Positions 24,564-35,170 of a stretch of 64,000 nt of DNA are shown here, piece by piece. The notes under the pieces were generated by a model that was not told the origin of the DNA, made no database searches, and was given only the letters and a program-made list of their open reading frames with translations. Location: positions 22,630,001 through 22,694,000 of the forward strand of contig CM022671.1 of NCBI GenBank assembly GCA_012295275.1, read 5' to 3'. Made by a program: the position numbers and the translations under genes. The DNA is from Chrysomallon squamiferum. Lineage: Eukaryota; Animalia; Mollusca. The first letter of the stretch is position 1. Each line of letters opens with the position of its first letter.

Positions 24564-26531
24564 GCTTCCGGGCGACGAAATGAAGAAAGTCAGTTAACAT
24601 AAACTCTTTTACATGAAAAACGAAATACAGAACTACTGCAAGATATAGTTTTCAGCAAGTTCAGTGTTTCACGATTGCCTTTCCCACTTTTTGACAATGT
24701 TGCCTAAGGAATTTTCTTTACAAACTAATAAATTAATAATAACAACAACAATAATAATCTGAAGGAAAGCACGAGGGAAAAAATTAAATACCGTATATAC
24801 TTGTGTACAAGGCGACCTTATGTATAAGTCGATGTGTATTTTAAGACCAAAATTGCGTCATTTTAGGTATTACTTGTGTATAAGTCGACTGTAGATTCCA
24901 GGCACCGTCACTTTGTTTTCGATTTGTCGGTAATGGATATTAATGATGATTGCAATATTATTTCACCAAATTCTTTACAATTACACAAGTCAGTTTTGTT
25001 TATGAAATTAGGAGTCTGCATTCCTAGATCATTGCACGACGCCGTACTGACGGTTTTTTCGCTTTAAAATGTATTGTTATGTCATTAAACGGAAGAATAT
25101 CATGTTTTACATTCATATTTGGTTTTGTTATTTAATTTTTCAAAAATTTTTATACGATAAAATTATATTTTTGAAAAGCTGAAAGACCGCGATTATTTTG
25201 GATGCATCCCGCAGCAAAAAATAGTCAAAATGGCGACTCTTCAGCAACAGCTACAAAAGCATTACCTCCAAAATATTACCTTAATATAGTCTCCCAAAAA
25301 TTTGACTTATACACAAGCATATACGGTACATTCATTTTAAAAACATTCACAATGTCACGTGAATGTGTGTTATTTTACTTTTTAGACTGGGTGCCATTCA
25401 TTGATTTGATTTTGGGGTATAGCAGTCGTTGCAGTTAAAACAATAATGCCTGGTCGAGGAAAGGGAAAACATAGCATTCAGTATGTTCAGAATGAGGAGC
25501 CAACCTTTATTCGTCAATTTAAAGAAAGAATCGGATATGATGAAGGGCCTGTTGTTAATACCAAGCGACAACGACTGGAGATTAATGACGAAGATGATGA
25601 TGATGATGATGATAAACCAGAGATAGTTGTATTAAAAGAGGGTGATTTAACAGCAGAAGGAAGTGGAAAAACTGGACAAAAATAAGAAAGCTGATGATGA
25701 ATCTACAACAGTTAGAAAGGGGAAGATTGTATTTACTAAACCCACAAAGAAAGAAAATGACACTAAGAAGTCTAAATTAAATCTGTCATCATCACACGAA
25801 TCAAAAAAGGAACTGAAGAAAGACAAGAAACCTTTGGTGAAAGAAGTCAGGAATTCTAATCTTCTGTCATTTGATGATGAAGAGGAAGATGATACTTGAA
25901 GTAATGACCATGTTAGGAAGAGATGAAATCTATTATACTGAAAAAATCCATCAGTTTGTGTTAAATTGATTAGTATTGTCAAAAAAAAAATGTTCATATA
26001 GAACAACCCACAGATGTGAGAAATTGTAGAATAAAGTTTTGAAAACAAAGATGGAGGATAAAATAAAACAAAATCTGAACTGTACATTAAAGTGATTTTT
26101 TATGATTTTATTTAACCTTCCTAATTTTGTGATATGCTATTATTTATATGTATCTTTATACTGCAAATATATAAAAGCTGACTTATAGCCAGATATTAGC
26201 TTGTAAATAAATTTCACAATAATTTTTGATCTATCATTTGTCTGAAAATATCTTAGCCAAACAGTTGAAAAGTATACTTGTTTCCCTAAAATTATTTGCT
26301 AAATAAACTTGGAGCAGAGTGGTTAGACCATAATAGATTACAGGATTACTAATCTTATATCAGTTTTTCCATTTAGCTTGTGCCCAACAAATGTTAAAGG
26401 CCTGCTAACTAAAGTGCTTATAAAATATTTGTTCCTGCAGATTGATGTATGGCTCATAGACTGGTCATACTGGGGTTAATACATGTTCATAATAAAATGT
26501 GTTGAAGGTTTAAAAAAAAAAAAAAAAAAAA
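24564..26531 (+). pseudogene. KIAA1143: Processed retrocopy of a KIAA1143 homolog (CDS 25446-25899 with one +1 frameshift)
   Basis: Protein motifs IQYVQNEEPTFIRQFKERIGYDEGPVVNTKR...PEIVVLKEGDLTAE / EVEKL...GKIVFTKP...VRNSNLLSFDDEEEDDT match KIAA1143. Removing one G at 25659-25660 fuses the two ORFs. The CDS is intronless, with AATAAA at 26491-26496, a poly(A) run from 26512, and a 13-bp TSD. Confidence 0.9.
24791..25326. mobile_element. Non-autonomous Tc1/mariner-superfamily (pogo/Tc2-like) MITE, 536 bp, TA target-site duplication
   Basis: Left end TA|CCGTATATACTTGTGTACAAGGCGA. Right end TTGACTTATACACAAGCATATACGG|TA, an imperfect inverted repeat. TGTATAAGTCGA is repeated subterminally at ~24821 and ~24877. 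No transposase ORF. Confidence 0.85.
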
Positions 26532-28011
26532 ATCACATCTGCTTAACACGCAGAAGGTCGCAAGTTCGAGCCTCGCCGAAACCTCGTATAAATTTTTATT
26601 ATTATTTATAATTATGAATTAATTATAAAAATTAATGATGTAATAAACGAATTCTAATTTTTAGTAATTACAAAATATGTTTCTTGTGGTTTTCTAATTT
26701 AAACCTATGTGAAATAAGTCTTTCGGTTTTTTTTTTTTGTTTGTTTAGGATCTATTTTGTTTTGTAATATGTTATTGAACTTGATTTATCTTTTTAAATT
26801 TTGTTTGTTCTTTCGTTCTTAATTTATTTATTGTCAGTAGCAATAGTAGTAGTAGCAGCAGCAGAAGCAGTAGTTTTTGTAGAAACAGTAGCAATAGCAC
26901 ATACGAATAAAAAAAAAAAACATTCTGCCAATTATACCAAAAAAAAAAAAAAAAAATAATAATAATAATAAAAATAAACTATTGTTGATAAGGTTACATG
27001 ATATATTTCATTCATGCGTAGATAAAAAGGACGTTGAGATCATCTCAATGAATTTACATTAGATCATCTCAACATTTTGACTCCTGTGATCAAAAAATCA
27101 ACAGGCTTAACCAGTAACTGCAAAAAAAACAACCTTCAGTTAATGATGTCTTATGTATTTTGTTAATTTTTCATTAATATATATTTGACTTATGATTTCT
27201 TTCACGAATTTTATCACAGTAATTTGTATGTGTCATAGATTAACTGTTCGGTCAACAGTATTACATACTGTGTTAAACTGTAATAAAGTTCAAATAAATA
27301 TATGAAAACTTGGATTTTGTTTGCAAGTTCAAAATTAAGTTAAATTCATTTGATGTTGAGAATAATAATAATAATAATAATAATAATTATAATATAAAAA
27401 TTTTAAAAATAAAAACCCCATAAAATGTAAATACAAATATATAAATTCTTTATTTCATTGATTCTCTTCAATACATCAAATACATAAAAACAATTTCAAT
27501 AATGATTTTTAATAACTGATATTCACATATATTTAATTGAATAAAGTATTTTCTAAGCAATTTGTAACAATTAAACCATATACAAATATCAGTAATTGTA
27601 TTTGCTCTACCTGATCACTGTTATAAATTAATGTTCAATAACAAATTTTTATATTAACATCTTTATCAAAATACATTCATGATTATTTATCTTAAAAAAC
27701 TTTTTAGATAAGATATTTATGTAGCTTTTTCTTTTTTTTTATCAAATCTCCAAACTGAAAAATTATTATTTTTCAATGGTAGTTAGTAACTTGGAATATT
27801 AAAATAAATTCTTGAGTATTTTCTACAAGAGCCATTATATAAGATATTTAAGTAGCATCTTGAATTTACTGTTAAAACTAAACATTAATGACTGCAAGGA
27901 ATGTTTCAGATTCAATGAGAAGGTTGTTCAATATTCCTTATTTACCTCATTTGCCTCAATGCAGTTACAGCCATGTACATATAAAATAATACAATGTCAA
28001 GTTGAAATTGT

Positions 28012-31000
28012 TTATGGTATCCACTGATATGAATGAACAGGTGATGAACCATTGAACAACATTGTTGGAAAGTGAAACAAATCAGGATGTCCGTAATGTG
28101 GGAACTCTTCATTAGAAAAGTTACTTTTGCTCCACACAAACGGCACCTGCTGGTCATATGTTGGACTCAAAATGGCGACGAAAGACAGCTTGTTGTGGAA
28201 TAGTTCAAAAGATGTCAGCTGAAAAACAAACAGTTATTACAGTGATTACAAAACAGATTTAAGTAAGATTGAAACAGAAAATATCTCAATTGCGAAGAAT
28301 TGTTAATTTAGTAATGAAAGAATCAGTTACGGTGCATGAAATACATTTGTGTTATTTATTAAAAAAAAAAATTAATAATAATAATAATAATTACACTTTT
28401 TTTTAAAACTGTAAACTGTAATATTTTAACTGTTTTACTAAAAATAACAAAAATATTTTTATATGATAAACTATTTGTTTAAAATTAACTTTTTCTTTAC
28501 AATTAGACTTTATTTGAAAGTTGAACAACATTCTGAATCTATCCATGATATATTTATACAGATATATTGGTAATTGCATGCATGTATATGTGATATAATT
28601 TATGCATGCACTTTCACACACACACATGCATGCACACACAACCAAACATGTGAATGAAAAATACCTTCATGTCTGTGCCTCCATGTGCTCGGTGACCTAG
28701 AGCACCGAAAGGATATTTACCACTGACCGGATTGAGATCACACCTCGCAGAGATTCCGTTCTCTCCACTGAAAGGTGGGGTGCAGTTACAGCGAGACAGT
28801 GGGTCATGCTGGAAGTCATTGTATCTGTCAACAAAATAAATACACTGTTATTTCAATAATCGTTTAAAGTTGTCGCAGAAGAGAATTAAAAAACTTTGAA
28901 GGATAAAACAAATTAATACCATATACTGATATTTTATGAATTTTTAAATTTTTTTTTTTTAATGAAACTAAAATGAAGAATGCAATGTATACTAGTATTT
29001 AATGAAATAGATTTTTTAATAATGAAATTATCAAGTTGAAGAATTTGTTTAAGAAAACTGATGAGGATAAAACTGAACAAAGTATTAAAAATAATAAAAC
29101 AGTTGAAAAATTGATTAAAATGATTATGTTACCTCATTAGTTTTTGCATTGACTTGAGGTCGTGAACTTTGACATGGTCTCGTTTGAAGATCCGAGCTCG
29201 AGGAGCACCACTGTAAGAAAACCAGTCTCCATATTTCTTCACATTTTCAGGTCCTCCACTGGCATTGAACACTTTAGGGAAAAACCTGGTGTGCCAAAAA
29301 AAATTATTTTAAAAAATTTCATTCTAACAAATTATTTAAGTAAAACTGTCGGAGGCTGAGAATTTTCATTTTTTCAACAAGATAAAGTTATACCTATACA
29401 GATAAATAACTTAATTAAACAGATTTGTTTAAAAACCTATATTATTATAACAAGTAAAGATATTAATCTTAAATACTAATTAAAGTTAATTAATTTTGAA
29501 ACTGTTTTACTGGTTTTTGTATTTATAAAAAGATTATTTGAAAAAAAAAAAAAATTTTGAATGCATTAAAACCTATTTAACAGTTAAAATGCAACACACA
29601 AAAATAAATATCTTACGCTGTATTGTAACTGGGAAAGTATCGTTGACTTTCTAGTATGTTTGTTGTGTCATTAAATTCCACCATTCCTCTACATAAAAAC
29701 AACAACAACAATATATAAATAAATGTTTTGTTAATAAATATCCTTTCTTATCAGATAAAATAAAACATAAAAGGTGGAGAAAGATTATAGTATAAATTTT
29801 ACTTGTTAGTTATTCTCTACTATACAAATAAATAGTGCTAAAGAAACTCTGCAATTTACCACAAACATCAAGAAATAGTGATATAATATTAAATAAGTGG
29901 TGATTATATATTTCAGACAATTTTTTATTTTATAAAAATTAAACACAATAATTATTTTCTGAGACTTTGAAGTAAAAAGCAAGAACATAAAAATAAACAA
30001 ACAAACAAGGAGCAAAGAAAAAGAAAAAAAAGAAGTGAAATAGAAAGAAACTTCCACATTACTGACCAAATCATATTATTAAATTGTTTTTAATCTTTTA
30101 TTAATATTTATAATTAATACAATTTCCACTATTTTTTTATTTTATAATCACAGTACCACTTAATAAAATAGTTAAATATCAAAAACTTACGGTATCTGTT
30201 CAAGAACTGTCAGTGTTCCTGGTTTCAGATGGCTCATTCCTGGTTTAAAAAGTTTGTAATTCACAATTAGCCATTCATTGTTATATCTAAAACAGAAAAA
30301 TGTATCGTTGTGTGGAAAGTGTTTTATAATTTGCTACATTCAGCATTATTTAAAGAAACCTTTTAATATTCTAATAGTAATTTTCTTTTATTTATAGAAT
30401 GTATGATATCTGTTGTACCTTGAGAAATGTTGTATTCTGAATTAGATAATCTTACGTTCCACTGTTGTACTGAGAGAAGATTGATGCCCATTCTTTGCCT
30501 GTGTTTGCTAGTCTGTTTGCAACCTGAGTACGAATCTCTTCCAGAACTGATTCAAATGTTATGTACTTCCACAGATCAGCATTACTATTCCCAATTGTCG
30601 TTTCCAAGGACACCTAATAAGTACACAAATGAAGAGAATTCTGAGACAAAACAAAAATCTGCAAGATAACAACAAATAGTTCCTAATAACAAAGTTACTT
30701 TCCTATTTACATTTAAATTTCTTTCCATGGATAAATAGGTAACTATTTTAAAATTAACTGTTTACAAAGCACAAGAGTAAATTATATAAAAATCAAAAAT
30801 AAATTCCATATCATTAAGACAGATAAGTAATTTAAACATTTTAAGTTTCAGTAAACTGAGACGTGCAGTTAAGGCTAGTAGAATATTAGAATAACATTTG
30901 CTTCTTTATTTTACAAAATTTAAAACATTTTTCAATCATTTTTTTTTTCACAAGTATCAAAATTACAGCAGGTCATAATCTTTTCTTCATTGTTTTTGTT

Positions 31001-33618
31001 CAGATAATTTTGAAAAAGGTCTACAAGACATGCTCAAAATAAATTTACGTATGACCTGTTTAAAAACAAAACTTTAAATTAACAGTTCATTAATCTCTGT
31101 AACTAACAAACTAATATAAGACAGAGAACAAACAAGTAGTAAGATGAAAATAAAATTTTAAAACTCACCAGTCCAGAGTTTAGCTGATAAAAGTCATCTC
31201 CTGACAATAATATTCCAGGATATGAGGAAAACGTCATAACTGAACCAGGAACACGTTCTAGCAAATTAATAAATAACAAACAGTAAAAAAACAAACAAAC
31301 ACAAAACAAAAAGACTATAAGAATTTAATATGAAACAAGAAACTTATGTTCTTTAATTTTTTTTATCTTTATTTAAGCACAATGATATTTCAAATTTTAT
31401 TTTGTTATTGTTTTCTTTTTAAACAACACAGTTTTTTTACATCATCATGTCAATGACAAGAGTCATGACATCATATCTTTACAAGTTTTGGTTTAATAAA
31501 ATGATTTCATAAAATAACTGAAATGCTGGATTCAAATACCTGTCAGATGTGTACATGAAGTCTATATAATGTCCAAACATTGTTAAATTTTAAAACTTTC
31601 TGATCTTGTTGTACAAGCTGTTTTTTAGACCATATTAGTTATACGTATATATTCTTTATACGTTATAAATAAAATGAGTTAGAATTGTTTTGACATGCCT
31701 GAAGATGATTCTGTAAGTGTGTAAGGAAATGTATATTTCTTGAGGATTCTCAGCATGGAGTTGTACGTGCTCCACGTAACTTGAGAAACATACAGATCCT
31801 TGTTGCCTGGCAACACTTTAATCAGAGCAGAGCACGATCCTGATCCTTTGACTTTAGTTGAAGTTGGTTTGTGCAGAGCAGGTTCCAGATCTTCCATGTT
31901 ATCACCAATTTGTAGCATACTGGTGTTGGAAAATGAAACAAGTCAGAAGATAGTTCAAACATTATTTATAAAACAAAGTGAAAATATTTGTCATACTTTT
32001 TAAATTAAACAGACAGCAAATAAAACAGATTCTTTTAAAATATTTTTACATATTTATTTCCGGTTTGAAATTATTTGCAAGTATAATTTTATTTTGTTGA
32101 ACTAAAAAATAGTAGATTTATGGATTAAATAAATAAACAGGACAAAATCAAGAAAAGAGAAAAGAAATATAAAGAAAGTAAAATCTTTTAAAAATGATAA
32201 TAAGAATTGTTAAATTTGTTTATAAATTTTTTAATAATAATAATAATAATAATAATAGTAGTAGTGGTAGTCGTAGTAGTAGTATTAGTAATAATAAAAT
32301 CGATTTTTTTAAAGAGCATAAAACTTACTAAAGTCCAAATATATCTATGTCCATGTGTGGTTTCCTGGGACTGTTAAAATATCCATCCTGAAGGCCTGCT
32401 ATTTGGTAGTAGAAAAGCTTAATCTGAAAATCAGAGAGAAATAACTGAACTTTTTGTTTTAATTAAGATTATAGTTATATTATATTAGTTTTGTGTGTCA
32501 CAGGTGACAACAAACAGTAGGAAATGTAATATGATCATAATTAGCTTTATTTAGATGGTAAAGCACAAATAACATGGATTTGATAATGAGTAATGCTTGG
32601 AATAGGAAATATTCCAGTGAGAAGTACTGATCCTCTGACTTGTCCTGCATCAGCCTTTTCACCCTGACTAGATGAAGAAATAGTTTCTTTTCTTAGTTTT
32701 CTAAATATAACTATGTATAAAACGATTTTGTTTTTATTTTTGCCTATTTTCTTGATGAAGAATGTTTATACATGAAAGTGTAGAAAAAATATTTATTACC
32801 TGTTCCCAGTATCTGTCATTTTTATGTGAGTGTATCTGAAATTTGATCCATTTCAAATTTCGAGTGAGAAATTGTCTCAGTCTCTGGCAAAATGGTGTGT
32901 ATGGTTCTGGACACGTGTATGCTGTGTTTCTGAAGTGTAAAGATATCAGTTCCTTCGTGATGTGACCCTCGGTCAAACCTGCTGCATAGGCCTGGACACT
33001 GTTCTCATTGACTGGGTTTGTTTGTATATCAAGGTACGCCCAGCTGTAAACAAATGAATGGACACGATTCGAAAATATTTTTTTTTTCTTTTGAACAGGC
33101 TTAAACAGTAAAACATAACTAAATAAATAAATATACCATAAATTAATAACATAGTCGAGGCGTTTAAAAGTTGTGTTAAGAATGGCCTCAAACGACGGTA
33201 AAGAGGTTACTGATTAAAATGAAGTGTATTTTTGAATAATAATAATAATTATAATACATTAATAGTAACAACGATAATAATAATAATAATAAACCCCACA
33301 ACAACTACGTGCACACCACAATTATTATAACTTAGAATCACAGTGATACAGAATGATGCGAATGATGGCGAGTATTTAATAATTTATTCTTAATTCAGTT
33401 ATCGAGTCTTGACACTTCACAAAAACATACCCGGTTTGGTTGACACTATTGACAAACTCTGCTTTTGCCGCCCAGTTGGAAATTGAAGTATTTGACACCT
33501 TATATGTTTTAGTATATTGATTATACGAAACATACAGAATTTGCTTTTCAGGCAAAGATTTCACATGAAAAGAAAATGAAAACAAAAACAAAACAATGAA
33601 CACTGGAGTACCCTCCAT
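28012..33618 (-). CDS. PLBD2: Phospholipase B-like 2 (lysosomal Ntn-hydrolase), 560 aa, 11 exons
   Basis: Exons 33618-33431, 33043-32800, 32423-32329, 31919-31699, 31257-31169, 30613-30456, 30286-30191, 29688-29617, 29285-29133, 28824-28665 and 28218-28012 are all phase-consistent. Signal peptide plus motifs TGWAYL, GSGSCSALIK (catalytic Cys), FSSYPG..SGDDFY, ETTIGN, NSGTYNNEW, RYNDFQHDPLS and HGGTDMK. Confidence 0.95.
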
Positions 33619-34178
33619 TTTACAATCATGTGGTCTGAGATCACGTGCATAGTTTTAACTTAGTGTCTCAGTTTCGGAAATCTCCGATAATGAAAATTAC
33701 TTCCTGTTTAGTGGGCGTGTAGTAAACGACAGTTTTAAAAAAGTTATTTCACGAAATTTTGGAATATCATTTTTGTAACAGTGGTTGTTGCCATTATTCC
33801 ACTAGTTAACTATCATTATATATGTTTTAATACCGACAAATTTAATAAGTTTTAATTAAACACGAATATTAGATGATTAGAATTTAGATTGTCGGTCACT
33901 ACAGTAACACTGGGTCACCAGTGGGTGTCATCATGTCCAAAATAATTATTGCTATTTATTATCAATGTTTCTGTTAATAGTATTATTTAATAAATATTAA
34001 CAGAGAAATTTTTTAAATAACAAATCTGATTAAGGAATTATTTACGGATTACTCTGGACAAGATGATCACTAGGAAATAGAATACGACTGTCATTTGTGC
34101 CAAAATGTTTCAATTCAAATGTTTATAAAGGGTATATTATTATCTTGTGGTTTTAAGTGAAATAAGTGAGGAAAAAAA
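33619..34178. promoter_or_regulatory. Probable bidirectional promoter with E-box/CLEAR-like, ETS and GC-box motifs
   Basis: 560 bp separate the divergent ATGs. TCATGTG at 33626-33632, TCACGTG at 33641-33647, ACTTCCTG at 33699-33706, GGGCGTG at ~33713. Confidence 0.55.
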
Positions 34179-34928
34179 ATGAAAATTGTTAACGCCAAAA
34201 GTTTGACATTATATGCCAGTTCTGGATCACCAGCAGACAAAGAAGGTTATTTAATGAAGAAAGGGGAAGTGAACAAAACATTCCAAAAACGATGGTTTGT
34301 TTTGAGAGGAAACCTTTTCTTCTACTATGAAAAAAAGGGTGACAGAGAACCCATTGGTGTAATTGTTTTGGAAGGATGTACAATAGAACTAGCGGAAAAC
34401 GCTGACAATTTTGCATTCCAAATATACTTTTCATCAGATGGCTTTCGCACCTATGTCATAAGTGCTGACACTCAGGAAAATATGGAATCATGGATGAAAG
34501 CACTGTCTGCTGCTAGTTATGAATACACCCAGCTACTGGTAGCAGATTTACAGCAGAAAAGTCTGGAAGTCAGCGCCGAACAGCAACGAAAAGTTGTAGA
34601 AGAAGCCGATCGACAGAGCCACATACTGGCACAGAACTACACAGAAAGTCTGAAAGAATCGAACGTCTTGAATGTTCCACCAACTCAGAGAACAAATCCT
34701 TTTAACAGTAGAAAAAGTTCAGGTTCAGATTATGATGCACCAAATCTGTTCAATGCAATGGAACTAGGAGCTCCAGAGCCGTACACGAAATCACATTTGA
34801 AACCATCGGCAGACAAAAAGTCAACATTTTTGACTATGCATTCAACATTACAGAGACAAATGGAGGTGTTTACTGCTGAATGGAATGCAAAACATTCAAA
34901 TGGTGTTGAAAAAAATCAAAATATGTAA
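34179..34928 (+). CDS. PHETA1: Sesquipedalian / PHETA (FAM109, IPIP27) PH-domain endocytic adaptor, 249 aa, single coding exon
   Basis: N-terminal PH domain (KEGYLMKKGEVNKTFQKRWFVLRGNLFFYYEK...MESWMKALS), a coiled coil, an NPF motif, and a C-terminal F&H-type motif (STFLTMH). Confidence 0.9.
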   Translation: MKIVNAKSLTLYASSGSPADKEGYLMKKGEVNKTFQKRWFVLRGNLFFYYEKKGDREPIGVIVLEGCTIELAENADNFAFQIYFSSDGFRTYVISADTQENMESWMKALSAASYEYTQLLVADLQQKSLEVSAEQQRKVVEEADRQSHILAQNYTESLKESNVLNVPPTQRTNPFNSRKSSGSDYDAPNLFNAMELGAPEPYTKSHLKPSADKKSTFLTMHSTLQRQMEVFTAEWNAKHSNGVEKNQNM

Positions 34929-35100
34929 AAATGAAAAAAGTGGACATTTATGTGTATGATGTGTACCAGTAATCAGTATTTGTAGGAAAAATGTCAGAAA
35001 GTGTGAAATTCCTGATTGCAACGAAATCCTTTGTCAAAAAGTGTAAATTGTCATGATATACATATGCATATGGCCACAGTGTCTTTTTGTGATGAAGAAG

Positions 35101-35170
35101 TAATATATTGTCTAGTGCTTACATATTGGTGTCTAAAATAATATATTGTCTAGTGCTTACATATTGGTGT
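35101..35170. repeat. Short direct duplication in the 3' UTR region
   Basis: TAATATATTGTCTAGTGCTTACATATTGGTGT occurs twice, 38 nt apart. Confidence 0.85.

Larger units (their letters stand above)
24531..26584 (+). pseudogene. Split tRNA-Val (AAC): 5' half 24531-24563, 3' half 26545-26584
   Basis: The halves (33 + 40 nt) rebuild a 73-nt tRNA-Val(AAC). ATCACGTCTGCTT (24551-24563) is duplicated as ATCACATCTGCTT (26532-26544). Confidence 0.92.

Noticed and set aside
25202-25438. 78-aa ORF upstream of KIAA1143
   Set aside because: It runs across the right end of the MITE and resembles no protein I recognise.
19606-26584. Repeated 73-bp units as a CRISPR array or tRNA-derived SINE family
   Set aside because: The units are full cloverleaf tRNAs in both orientations with irregular spacing and no shared SINE body or tail. 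The context is eukaryotic and has no cas genes.
24531-26584. Functional split or intron-containing tRNA
   Set aside because: The break is at 33/34 rather than the canonical 37/38. The insert has a TSD, a poly(A) tail and many internal T-runs that would stop Pol III.
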